Shown: piece by piece, positions 1 to 12,405 of the stretch
Layout of the letters: each line of letters opens with the position of its first letter
Position numbering within the stretch: the first letter of the stretch is position 1
From: Vicugna vicugna
Lineage: Eukaryota
NCBI GenBank assembly: GCA_013265495.1
Contig: MU058444.1
Coordinates: 1,798,001 to 1,862,000 of the forward strand
DNA length: 64,000 bases
Reading direction: 5' to 3'
The notes under the pieces: generated by a model
What the model was told of the DNA's origin: nothing
What the model saw: only the letters and a program-made list of their open reading frames with translations
Databases searched by the model: none
Made by a program: the position numbers and the translations under genes

Positions 1-45
1 TCTGGGGAAAAAAAAAGAAAGAATACAGATGTGGTGAAATTGACA
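1..45 (-). other. 3' splice acceptor of a minus-strand gene; the exon would begin at base 1 and continue outside the window
   Basis: Minus strand reads ...tttcaccacatctgtattctttctttttttttccccag|a: long polypyrimidine tract ending in CAG (bases 4-2). Confidence 0.6.
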
Positions 46-1919
46 ACACAACTGACAGATCCACCAACCAAAGGAGCCTCAGATCCTCAGACCCCCAGAA
101 AGAGAAACTGACGCTGGTAACACGGGAACTGACTGGTCTTCTCCAGCTCAGCCCAGACACTTCTGAAGAGCTCAGAGCCACAACACGCACACCAGGCAAC
201 CGTTAATGGCAGACACGTGCTCTTCCCCATGAACAGTACTGTCTCTACTAATACGTTGGAAAGCTGAACAATGCATTGCAAACCTTTGTCTTCCCTCTTA
301 ACATTTCTTTTCATAAGAATATCAGCTCTGTAAAGTAAACACAAGGCAAATATTCAGGGAGAAGAGGACTCTAGCTCAGGTATTAAAGCGAGGTACCACC
401 ATTGCCTAGAACCACTGGGGAAGACTTATTTGGAATTCACAGTGGTCCACAGAAAACTTTCCACAGCTCCTCCAGTGGGTCCTCATACCTGCCCTCCTTC
501 TTCCTTCTGCTCAAAATCCCTTCTCCTTTGCAGATTCAGAGATGGCCACAACTGAGGATTTCTCCCACTGGAGGGGCACAGTGCCTGGTACTTTTGCTTG
601 GAGGAGATTCCACAAATTAATCAGCACTGGAACAGCTGAGCTGCAAGGGTTTTTCAAGCAAGGTGTAGTCCATCGGGGGAACTGAGCAGTCACACTGCAT
701 CGTTTTCTTTAATGAAGGAATCTATTCTAGGAATGACACTGTAATGATAACTCGAAAGGCAGAAAAGGTATGTTTCTCTGCTGAAATCTGCCTCCTCGAG
801 ATTTTCCCTATTTTTCTCTGTTGACCAAACATTCCGAGCAATTATCACACACTTCTTACAGCTTCCAAAGCTCATCGTTCATTTTTCCTAAAATTCAATA
901 AAAGTGCATTTACTCATCACCAGTTGACAGGTGCACCTGAATACTGATGACCTCCTTCTCTCCCAACGAATGGCTTCCATCACCTGCTTCCCTCACTTTT
1001 ATCGCCTTCTTTAAGAAATACACTGCATGAGAGTTATTCCTCTTCAAGATACCTTCCTTTTACAGTACACTTCCCTTTACAGTACATATCTCTTGAAAGA
1101 TATCCCATGTCTTGATGGGTCATCTTCTTCTGGATTTTTCCTCTTTGGTTGGCTATTGACAGATCTATGCTCAGCCAACTGACCATGGCCTTGCATCCAG
1201 AAATGACAACACGCTCACTGCTTCAGTGACCACTTCTACAGAAGGGCTCCAGGTCCCATGTATGGACTCTTATTTCCTACTCTCCCAACACTAAACTCTC
1301 CACTCCCATCAGGCAAGTCCTCCAAACCCCGTCCATAAGCCATACCCATCCCCAGTTTTAAGCCTCTTTTCAACGACACATCTTAATTTGTGAAATGTAG
1401 ACCAGGGCTCAGGGTCTGAGCAATAAATAGGAGAAACTTACAGAAAGGAGAGAAGAAATCAAGATCTGAAGACCAAGAGCACATGGGCCTCCGGGAAACC
1501 CACAAGGCTGATGGTTAAGAGCAGGCGTGAGCCCAGCCACGTCAGCCGGCACAGAGCAGCACCGATGTGCAGGCTGTACAGCAGTGAACTGCCCTGTGCC
1601 CACGCCGGGCGGTTGATTGCCCTGGCTTTTCTGGTTTGTTAAATATTCTAAACCTCACTCCTGTCTGTGAGCACTTGCAAAACCTACAAACGGACTGTGT
1701 TGTAAACACTACACGACGCTTGTTATCTGCCAAGAACAGATCACATCACACTGACCGGTACTTTTTTGATCGGAGTACTAGGCTGACATCAGGAGAAAAC
1801 TGTACTTACAGTTCTTCCACAATGAAAGCAGATAAGTGTAATCTGGATATAAAAGTAATTAACTGGCACCCCAGTGGAGAGTAACAGCTGATGACAACCC
1901 AGCAGGAGGTTTCTAGAGG

Positions 1920-2760
1920 CAGGGTTTAGAATTCTGCCATCTGCCCTGTCCCGTTCATTGGTTATTCACAATTTGAGTGAGGAGAATGATGGTCTGCAAA
2001 TCAAATTTCCAGACAAAGCAAAGCTAAGGAAGATTTCTAACTGACTGAGCGCAAGTCTGTCAATTTCAAGAGATCTCACCTGGATCCATAATGAGCCGAC
2101 TGCAATAAGACAGAATTCCAAAGAAACACACAAAAATCCTGGGATCCAAAATCTGGACTGTAGAATGCTTAAGAGGAGTCAGTTGGCCTAACAGCAGGAG
2201 GGCTGAGCAGACAAAAAGGCCTTAGCTAATGGTAAACTGAAGTCATTAGTGTGAACTGGCTGCCAACAATTAGTTTGCTCTTGGGCTACAGCAAGAAAAG
2301 AACAGAGCTACACCCTTTCTATTCAGCAACCAATGGTAAGAAAGAGTCAAAACTCAGCATGTCCAGGGAAAGCTGTCCAGACTGGAGATGTAACTCCAAA
2401 CCATTGCGAAAAAAAAAAAAGAAAAAGAGTTTCAGAATATGAGGTTCTACGTGTCTTCAAATTCTGGCAAGAATGCCACGTGGAAAAAAAATTTTTTTTT
2501 TGTCCTTGTCACTCCCAGAGCACAGAATTAGGACCAGTGCTTGGAAACCCCAGGGAGGGATTTTCAGTTGAATTTAAGAAAACAGTCTTCCATAAATACG
2601 GATGTCCCTAAAACTAAAAATTTCCCATCACTAGAGGTGTCCGGCATCAGATCGTGTGCTCATTAGGGATGCTATAGAGAGAGGTTAAAACACTATTTGT
2701 ACTATAAGCCACAATTACTTGTAAGTGAATTTCCAGCCCTATGATTGACGTTGACTAGAG
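1920..2760 (+). mobile_element. Ancient CR1/L3 LINE fragment (RT region to 3' end)
   Basis: Degraded RT motifs SAICPVPF (compare SVLGPVLF) and VIHNLSEENDGLQIKFPDKAKL (compare FINDLD...LIKFADDTKL) at about 1934-2026; CR1-like 3' tract ccagagcacagaattaggaccagt...cccatcactagaggtgt. Confidence 0.7.
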
Positions 2761-3805
2761 TGTGCCTAAACCGAACCATGTTTCAAGAAGCAGTTTCAAG
2801 GCAAAGCAAATCACGACAGACCGTATCTTCCACAATGCCCACCTCCGTATTAGGCCATTTGGAGCTCAGTTAGAGTCTTGCTTTGCTTCCAAAAATTACA
2901 TTTCAAACAGCCCATCTCTCAAGCATATCATAAGCGACCCAGGGTCATGTCCATAATCTACCAGGCACCCTGGGAGCCACTGAAATTTAACTTGCTGACT
3001 CATCGATGCTGTTTTCCCCCCCTATATAGCACGGAATCAACATTCTTACAATCACCCACAGGTCCCTGTCGTGAAACTGATGAAATGCATAGAAACAGCT
3101 TCCTGGGGCGTTCCTCTGCCCCCTCTTCCCTCTTGATAGATCAAAATTCCTGTCTTTTCCATATAACATTTCCCAACTCCCCAGTGAGGACCATGGTTAT
3201 GGTCACTGAAACACATTCTGCAGCTTTTGCAGATAATAAGATATGCCTTCTTCCCTCCTGCTTTGCCTTAGAACATACCCATAGATGGTTCTGAGAAAAC
3301 AGAAATCCCAGGAGAAAGATTTTGAAGGAAAACAAGTCAAAATCCGAAGTTCCCTAGAGTCTGGAGCAAAGTCTCGCACTCTGGAGAAGCAGCGCTACGT
3401 CTCCTCTTCACTGCCCTGTGGGAAGACTGCAGCCCTGTAACAAGTGGATTCGCGGAGGACACTGTCTTGAGGGTAAAACAGATAGGTCTTGCCTAAGGAC
3501 TGGCAAAGCTAAAATGATGAAAGGGAAATAAAGGCTGCTTCCGCAGCTAATTTTATGATAAGTGCTCATGTTTGCGGAAAATCTGGAAGAGGGGATAAAG
3601 TGGAAAGCACGCACACGTTTATTTTTAAATTCAAGTCATTAGTATTCAAATCAAGTTTGAAAATATGAAATTATAATTGCTTCCCTTCATCTTACTTATT
3701 CTGCTTTAAGCCCAAAGATCAAAAACATGGCAGGATATTAGAGGGGAGATGTGGAATTCAACTCGGCAATCTTATCCAAAATGATGTAGAAACATTTAAA
3801 ATGCA

Positions 3806-4080
3806 GACTACATAGAAAACAAACTTACGGTTACCAAAGGGGAAAGGTGGGGGAGGGATAAATTAGGAGTTTGGGATTAGCAGATATAAACTACTATATA
3901 TAAAAATAGATAAACAACAAGGTCCTACTGTATAGCACAGGGAACCACATTCAATATCTCGTAATAAGCTATAATGAAAAAGAATATGAAATATATATAT
4001 GCATAACTAAACTCACTATGCTGTGCACCAGAAACTAACACTGTCAATCAACCATCCTGCAATAAAAAATAAGGAAATAG
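3806..4080 (+). mobile_element. 5'-truncated L1 3' UTR with TSD
   Basis: L1 3' UTR motifs (ggttaccaaaggggaaagg, ctgtatagcacagggaac, aataaa plus A-rich tail); TSD taaaatgca at 3797-3805 and 4081-4089. Confidence 0.9.
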
Positions 4081-5379
4081 TAAAATGCACAAACTCATTG
4101 CACTACTCAAGCTTAGCACGTAATGATGTTATAGGACCAATGTGAAATTACACTACCCAACTGAAAAATTAAAAATATTTAGAGACACAGTTAAGGAAAC
4201 ACAGATGCACAAATGGCTCTGACTATCCTATACTGCTAACTGGCCAAGCGTTCATTTAATTAACTAATGGAGAATGAATCAGAGCTCAGAAAGTATTTAC
4301 ACTTTTTCCAGGGCTGTGACATGTGTAGTCTAAAAATAATTGACTCTGGTTTTCCCAGTGTCTCCGTAACTTCCTTCTGTCTCAGTCTATTCAGTTCAGT
4401 GCATCACGGTTTTCTGTTTAGTTTTTGGATTAGTCGACCACATGCCTAATCTAAATACTTTGTAGAAACTTACTAAGTTACGTTGTATATGTAGATTTCA
4501 TCGCAGTTTTAAGGAGAACATAGATCCAATAGGGACCCTAATAATAAATCTTCAGATTAGTGGGTGTGGGGGCAATTAACACATGAACTCAACCACAAGG
4601 AACTCTTTGAGGCATCAAGGGAATAGGGTTAGGAGCTCTGTGGTCTGACAACCAGCCCTGACGTACGAAGAGGCCATGGGGAAATTTGCAAAGAGGTTGT
4701 GGGTCCTTGAGGACGGGGATCCTGCTGCATCCCTAGGATCTAAATTAACCTATAGAAAGAGCTGAAACGCGGTTTGCCCAGTGGATGAATTAATGCATAC
4801 CCTACACGGATGCACCGAAGTCTGGGCTGCAGCAGCATCAAGTCACCTGGTCGAGGAGGCAAACTGATACCAAAAGCCAGGGCTGCATCCACCCAAAGAA
4901 AAGCTATCTTCTAATGTCACAAAGCCGGACATGTGCCCTGAGCAAAGGGACCTCTACGATTGCTAAGTCCAAGAGCTCATGACAAACCACCTGCAGCTGC
5001 AAGACAGACCCGCGGGCACCGTCAACCTCACCCAACAGCCACAGTGACTGCGGCCTGGGTCATACGGCAGAGGATGACAGCCTCAGGGCTCCAGGACCAA
5101 CACTCACACAGCAGCTGCTCGTGAGAGCCTCTGCTGTCGCTGCAAGTGCACTGCCAGCCTCTGCAGACACCCTCCCCTGAACCCAGGCTCCTCGCCCCCC
5201 AGCACGACACGGAGAATGATGAGAATCCGGAATTGCCTCTCCTCCGGGACCCAGGCTGCATGGAGGAGATTCTTGTTGAAAGAATTAACACGCTTTCCAC
5301 GAGATGGATAAGCCACTCACAAGCATGAAGAGGCTTCGATGTAGGGAGACCATTATACTTATCTGAGCTAATTTGAGGA

Positions 5380-5550
5380 TTTTTAACTGCCAAGCGCTTA
5401 TGCTAAAGGGTTCATGGACGTTAATCCATTTAACCTTCCGGACCCCACTTTGAAGTAGGTCCTGTGATCCTCTCTTGACAGATGGGCAAATTCAGCTTAA
5501 AAAGGTTAAATACCGTGTAGAAGGTCACACAGGTGCTAAGTGCCAGGGCC
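5380..5550 (-). mobile_element. MIR SINE fragment
   Basis: Diverged reverse MIR core (gacagatgggcaaattcagc...aaggttaaat...aaggtcacacag). Confidence 0.6.
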
Positions 5551-8384
5551 ACGCCCACAAAGCACCCCTGATCTCAGCACTGACCTTCTATAGCTTTAAG
5601 ATATCAGAGTCAAACACTCTTTTGGCATTCTTCAAGGAGCCATAAAGTGACTTTCTGCTGTTAAAAAAAATTATTGTGTCATTTTAGCCAACTTTTACTC
5701 TCTGTAATTAGTGTGTCTGGTATTTAAAAGTCCATCTGGCACAATGTGTGCTTTGTGAATTATAGGAACACAAATTAATCACACTGGAACATCATTCTCA
5801 TGTGTATGGGAATTCACAATGGCAATTTCAGATGGTCTCATCTACAAAGCACATAGTTATGCATTCATTTTTGCATTATAAAAGTAATGTGTGTGTTAAA
5901 AAATAAAGAACACCAAGAAAAGCAGGAAGGAAAATATTTATCATGCTCTCCCCAAAATACAATTGTTAACATTTTGGGAAACATGCAATTTAGAGCTCAA
6001 AAATAATTTGATTGCTCATATAAACATGATTGCCCTCACAAAACCCATAATTAAGAATCAGAAAAAATTTTTTTTCAAATGTTGAAAGGCCCAATGAACA
6101 TATTTTTTATATGATCCCCACATGGAGGCCAAAAAAACTTTCGTTTAGGCATTGTGAAAGGAAAATACAATTCTCTTGAAATAAAAAGATCCATTTTCTC
6201 ATTATTTCTCATTCACAGTAGCGTCCATTTTCAGTGAACATTCCAGAAGTATGTTATAGGAATTTTAGGAATGAATGTGCCACTTCTCAGGAGACTAATT
6301 CCCTAAAGGACGCTACTTGGAGTTGACTTGAAATCTGTACACAGATGCTCTGAAGCTGCAGTTCTTTACAGTTCCGTGATGGTCTCAAATGGTGCTTTTC
6401 ACCAAGAAAAAGATAAATATGTGAACAGAAAAATGAAAAGAAGACTTCACAATCACACCTGCCCAGCTCCCCACGTCGGCAGGCTTCTCTGAGATACCAA
6501 CTTCTCGGTTAAGTTGGTGGTAGGCTGGGATGAAAAACAAGGCTTCCCATTTCCTGGTCCACAGCCTTCTTGGAAACAATGAGAGTGTCCATTTATTTAG
6601 GATGCCACAGACATTAATTATCATCATGACTATTATTCAAATGCTTGAATAGAAATGACACTAACTTAGATGGTAGGTACCTACCTACTCACTCACACTC
6701 CACATTTATGTGCTTACAGCCACAAAATACAGAGGAGCTTGAATTAGGTTCCATGTGCATCCATATCCCATCCCACCTTTTCTTTCCATCCCTGCTCCCT
6801 CCTCATTCCAAAGGGACCTACGTGGAAACTGCTTGTACCATCCCAGCTAAGACAGGTACCAGGGCATCCCTGCTTCCCATAGCTTACATCTCATTCTCTC
6901 TCATTTCAAACTTCAGTTCAGAGGTGCTGGCTAACATGTGATTTGAATGGGACATGAAAACAAAGGTACTATGAAAAGATGAAAAAGGCAGGCTGCCAGA
7001 GGGAAGGGGGGGGCTTCTACAGGGAGGCAGAAGATCTGTCTCCATTCTCAAGACGGGTACGTCTCTTCTCCGCAGCGCCTCTCTCTGGGACAACCTCTCC
7101 ACGTCTCACCAAGATATAAATTCAAATCGTAGTCAGCCCTTTCTAAAGACTGATCCTTGACATTCTGTGAAATGAGACTCAAAAATGGTTTGAGAAGACA
7201 TGAAGTGACACATCACGCTAGGCTGGTTGCGTTTTCTAAATTTAAATCAGAACTCGTTGTGCCTTATACAGTTTTTCACTTGAAAATATGCACAAAGTGT
7301 TATTTTTGTATAGTAAATTCCAGGGAGTTTTCCATTTAAAAAAAAAAGAAAATGAAAAAGGCCACTTGGCAATTAATAGACTTAGTAAACCGAACATAGC
7401 AACTTCTCTGAATCCCCCAGGAGAACCAAGCACTTGGTAAGCACTTCATTGGTGTATGGTGAACGGCTGACCACTCACAAGGAATGTTCCTCCCTGTCTT
7501 CTCTGTAAGCATCTAATTCTCAGGACCACTGGAAAACACGTGCGTGGACACTCCCCAGGAGGCAGAATCTAACTCTCCCTAACTAGGTAAAAAATACATA
7601 TTCAGCAAGGTTTAGCATTTTTACAAGTACATAATTCAATAAGGTGTTTCAATCCTTGAATCACCTATGGATTTGAAAGTTACCATAAAAATATAATACA
7701 CATTTTCCGAGTGTTGTTTTTTATTTACCCCTGTTACATCAGTAAAAGGTAAAAGATTAAATTTCCAAAGAACGTTTTTAGAAGGACTTCCTATAAAGCT
7801 CAAACTTCGCTAGAACTTCTTTCTGACTTCGAATTTAAAAAGAAAATTTTGTTGGTCCTTAACCTTTTCTTGACACCAATAACCATAAAAATAAAGTTAA
7901 TGGATAGCGTAACACTGCAATCATAGGGAAATCCACCTAGATCCAAACAAGACAAGTCAAAGCAAAAATTCAACCCTGAATCCAGCGCAGGCAACTGGCG
8001 GGATTCCCAGAAGGTCACCAAACTTGGACTTGAGGAAACTGTCAAGGTTTCCTGAAATTTTCAGAGCTATCTCTCAGGTTTTTCATTAGTAAAAACCAAA
8101 ATGCTAAAGAAAGAGCAAAGAGAAAAAGCTAGATTGAATCCTTTGAGATGATACACCTAGTGAAAAACAAAAATCATCCTTTACACGACTGAGAGCTATC
8201 GAGTTATTTTCCGAACATGTTGGCCATATTGGCTTCAGCGTTTTTTTTTTTTTCTCTCTCATTTAGAAAAACTTTTCAACAAATAACCCCGAAATGAGTC
8301 TGGGCCAAGTGGGACAGGCAGGTCTACAGCAGCCCCACTACTGAATGGGATTGCTAAGTTGGGTTTGTGTCTCTGTCACCTTAC

Positions 8385-8424
8385 CTGGTTTTTCAGAAGA
8401 CAAGATAACTGAATGGAAAATGTC
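8385..8424 (-). other. Candidate 40-nt internal exon of the minus-strand gene
   Basis: Acceptor tttcctgcgttctactcag|g and strong donor ccag|gtaagg flank GACATTTTCCATTCAGTTATCTTGTCTTCTGAAAAACCAG. Confidence 0.4.
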
Positions 8425-8694
8425 CTGAGTAGAACGCAGGAAACCTGAGTTGTCACCTGGTGTCACCACTGACTCTTCCTGAGCCCTTAGACTGGAGTGA
8501 CAATCTCCAAGACTCTGTTTCCTCATTTACGTTAGAAAGATTCTAGTATTCCTTATCGTTCTAAAAATTCCATGAGGCCATGGGAATCCCATGTATTGAG
8601 TTAATATGTAATGCTAAATAATCTCTCTTTTGTAAGGTATGTGAATACTTGACTCTTTTCACAATAAATTAATCAAACTGATTAATTTTTCTAA

Positions 8695-8830
8695 TCAGCT
8701 TGGGCGTCAACATGCTAGAAAACTGTTCCCAGGTGATTTTAATGTGCAGTCCAGTTGGGGGACTAGTGGGTTGAAGCAGTGACTCTCAAAGTATGGCCTC
8801 AGGCCAGCATCTGGAAACTTCTAGAACATT
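8695..8830. mobile_element. MER5-type hAT MITE fragments
   Basis: cccaggtgattttaatgtgcag...gcagtgactctcaaagtatggcc resemble MER5 termini. Confidence 0.5.
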
Positions 8831-9034
8831 GCTCAAAAGGCTGTATTATTTTCTGAGAAACTTGTAGTGCACTTATTCGGAAACAAAGTGTCCCCCTTAC
8901 AAAAACAGAAAAACCATCCAATGAACATAACCTAAACGATGGCTTCCTTTTTAGGGTCCTAATTTTCAGAGGTGAAAATAGTAAAGCAAATTTTAGCTTA
9001 AACCATTCGTTAACGTCCAACGTGAGATGAGAGC

Positions 9035-9275
9035 AAATTCTTATTAAGCGTTTACCGTGAGCCAGGCGCTGTTGGTAGAACTTTCTGTAAGTTAACTTAT
9101 TTAGTCCTTATGACAATCCCACTGAGGTAGGCACCATTATCCCAATTTTACTAATGAGGAAACAGAAGCAAAGAAAGGTTATGCGACTCGTCCAAGTTCA
9201 AACAACTGAGTGACAGAATCAGGATTCAAGGCCTGGCAGCCTGGCTGAAGAGTGTGTGCCCTTAACCATGAGACA
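9035..9275 (-). mobile_element. Near full-length MIR SINE
   Basis: Reverse MIR: tattaagcgtttaccgtgagccaggc...attatcccaattttactaatgaggaaacagaagc...ggattcaaggcctggcagcctggct...cccttaacca. Confidence 0.85.
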
Positions 9276-10461
9276 GAGGAAGCTGGTGAACCCAACCTCC
9301 ATGGACAATTCTCTTTGCCTGAGACTGGCTCACCTGCCAGAAATAAGACATCTCAGCTTTGTTCCTCCCAAGAATGATAATGAATCAAGGTAAAGAATTA
9401 CTACCTCAGGCTGAGAAACACAATCCAAAGATAACAAATACAAAAGGACAATGTGTATCCTTTTCCTGTGATGGGTTTAATTCATGAGACTTTCCATATT
9501 GGCCTTAAGGGTAAAACCATCAACTTTGGAACAACTGGGGCCCTCCAAATAAGGGAAGCTAAATGAATGCCATCTCTGCCTTTCTCAGCGAGCCAGGTTA
9601 TGGAAATCAGATGCAATTACGCTCACCTCTTTATGGCTGTCTCTGCTCCTGGCCTTTGTGTCTCTTAATGGAGAATCATAAAATCATTGTGGGGCATTGT
9701 AAGAATGATCACTCCTAATGGGCCACTCTGCTGCGACACAGTGACAGCCTGTCACTGCCCTGCGACATCACAGACTCTCAGCTCTTGAGTTACATTATCC
9801 AGAATGTATAACTTGATTACTGAGCGTTTGAATTTGCTTCCAAGCACCTTCATTTTTCCCATCAAGAGATGTGCCTCTGGTCTTTCCTTTCCCTGCCCAG
9901 AGCTGCATCTCACTTCATCCGCAGGGAGCCAAAGAGAAAACCCTCCTTACATTAAATGATAATTATATTTCATTTAACAACATGACATTCTAATTATATT
10001 CAATTTAATAGCATTAAATTGTCATCTCCAAAGGATCCTAATGAAGACATGATTTTCTCACATGGAGGCGTCACTAAGATGTTTATGCGCTGGAATCTGC
10101 ATTATGTTTAGTCTTCTAGAAGCTTCAGAAGATTGGTAACAGGAAGGGTACAACCTCTTACATTTAAAGATGGGAAATGAGTCCTAAAAAGACACTGTAC
10201 GCTAGCGACCTGAGATTCAATTCGTCCCTGGAATGGAAGGAGAATCCAGACTAATTTCAAAGTCCAGAATGACTTGGCACCCTTTTTGGAAGTAATCCCC
10301 ATAAATTTTTTTTTATGAGAACTATTTGATCCTAAGAGGACCATCCAGCTCAGTTCCACTCAAACACCATGAAAGGAACTGCTTCTTCTGTATGTGGTTT
10401 CGAAGCATTTTGAAATGATGACAGTGAAGGAGGAAAAGGACACTTAAATTTCCTCACCTAC

Positions 10462-10581
10462 CTGTTCTGCCAGTTTGGGCCTGTCCTTGCTCTGTGTCCT
10501 CATTTTGTTCTCTCTTACACTGTCTTAAACAAACCTTGATGGAACTGGGTACGGTTTCATTTTTTTCTCTCTCTCAAGAAC
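10462..10581 (-). other. Candidate 120-nt cassette exon
   Basis: Acceptor ctgatgttttgtag|g (modest) and donor acag|gtaggtgag with a second GT 4 nt downstream. Confidence 0.25.
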
Positions 10582-11059
10582 CTACAAAACATCAGACAGT
10601 GCTTCTTAAACTGGTTCTCCTGGAGACCAGAGCATGCCACTCCTACCATCTGAATTTTCTCTTATGAGGAATGATATTCTGGAGAGAGAGCCAAATTTTA
10701 AGGCTATTTAAAAGTGAAGGGTAACAGAGCATAAATTCCACCAGATGGTGAAAACCATTACCACAGACACTGAGAAGATAAAGAACTAGGCTGTTGATTT
10801 GAAAATAATCTACTAAAAAATTTTTTTCTAGAATGTTCTATATAAAATATGCGATGAAAGTATGAAGATAATTTGATGATGTCCATATGTTCACATTCTA
10901 GGAAGAAGGAGAATCTATACATTCTAAGGAAGAAGTTAGTACATAAATACATGTCAATAAAGAATGTGACCATGTCAGCAACAGATTTTTCATTCCAAGG
11001 TGTTTGGGGATTGGGTTTCAGTTTTGTTTTTTAGTTTGTGTATTTGTGTGTGCACATCT

Positions 11060-11280
11060 TGAGCTAACAAATATTTAATTTACTATGCTAGATACTTTTA
11101 GAAGCATTGTTTCCTTTCACTTGGACAACAGAGTTACAGGGTATGCATTGTACTACAAGAGTCCCCATTTTACAGATGAGGAAAGTAAGGCTCCGGGAGT
11201 TAGGCACATGTCCCAGAGCATGGAGACGCGGAACCCGCAGCTGGGGCCTCAGATCAAGGCTCTTCATTCTAACCAGCACC
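11060..11280 (-). mobile_element. MIR SINE
   Basis: Canonical core ccccattttacagatgaggaaagtaaggctc. Confidence 0.8.
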
Positions 11281-12074
11281 TTTATTTCCCCCAGATCTCT
11301 AAACACAACTTCAGTACCTGTCCCATAAGTCTATGTACCACTTCACAGACTGGCACTGAAATTTGTGATGCTCGGAAGCTTGGAAGGTAAGCATTCTGTG
11401 CACAGAAAGTCTTGGCCCAGTCAGCACAGTGTTCACCCCGGCACACATGGGCTGGGACTGGAGTCATGCCTCATCTAGCTTTTTATTCCAACTGCAGATT
11501 TTCTAATCCATGTAAGCTTATTTGCAAAGTCATTCTATTTCTGTACTAACGACTTAGGAACAGCTGGAATTCTTTCAGCCAAAATTCTGAAATCTCAGAT
11601 CTTTATTAAAAGGGGGGGAAAAAAGCCACTCAGATAATCCAGAGACCTGCAATGCTGAATTCCCTTTTACTCTGGAGAATTGGCATGAATCCCTTCAACT
11701 TCCCATTGCTAAAACAAACAAACAAATAAACAAAAACTTCATCTGAGTCCTGTACTGTGCATTGAGGACAGGTATCAGGGGCCAAACATGCATGTTATTA
11801 CAACCAGAAGACGTATGAACATTTCTTCTTTGGCTTCCTTTCAACTCACTGGAAAAAAAAAAAAAACAAAAGAAAAGAAAATGTTCTCTACTATGCAAAA
11901 ATTGCTCAAGATAATGGCTAAGTCTCAGTCCTTTACAGGCTCCTCCAAAGTCTTTTTTTATATGGGTAAAATCCTACGGATAAATACCTAAGATGTTCTG
12001 AAAAGTGATCTCTTTCCTCCCCCCTCTGGAGGGGGATTTCGAAGATGTTTGCCCTTTCCTCCACTGGGATCCAG

Positions 12075-12405
12075 CCCAGTCATTTTCAGACATAAGCAAC
12101 CCCTAGCATCACCTGGAGAGCCCATTAAAACACAGGCGACGGGGCCCCCACCCTCAGAGTTTCAGATTCAGGAGATCTAGGGAGGAGCCGGGTCCTAGAT
12201 TTTGCATTTCTAAAAGTTCCCTGGTGACTCACCAGGGAGAGACCAGAGACCCACCCCACCCGCACCTAGACCCTCTGCTCTAACTCACTGGCTCCCAAAC
12301 CACTCCACGTGGCATCACCTGAGAAGTTTTTAAACTGTGGGTGCCCTAAACCCCACTCCCCGAGATCCTGATTTAATTGGTCTGCACCAGATTTTTTAAG
12401 CTTCG
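12075..12405. mobile_element. Two adjacent MER5-type hAT MITEs
   Basis: gcatcacctggagagcccattaaaa...cagagtttcagattcagg...tttgcatttcta and gcatcacctgagaagtttttaaa...gagatcctgatttaattggtctg. Confidence 0.7.

Noticed and set aside
87..1200. Possible coding exon or processed pseudogene on the minus strand
   Set aside because: Only short ORFs with frequent stops and no protein I recognise; it lies on the intronic side of the base-1 acceptor.
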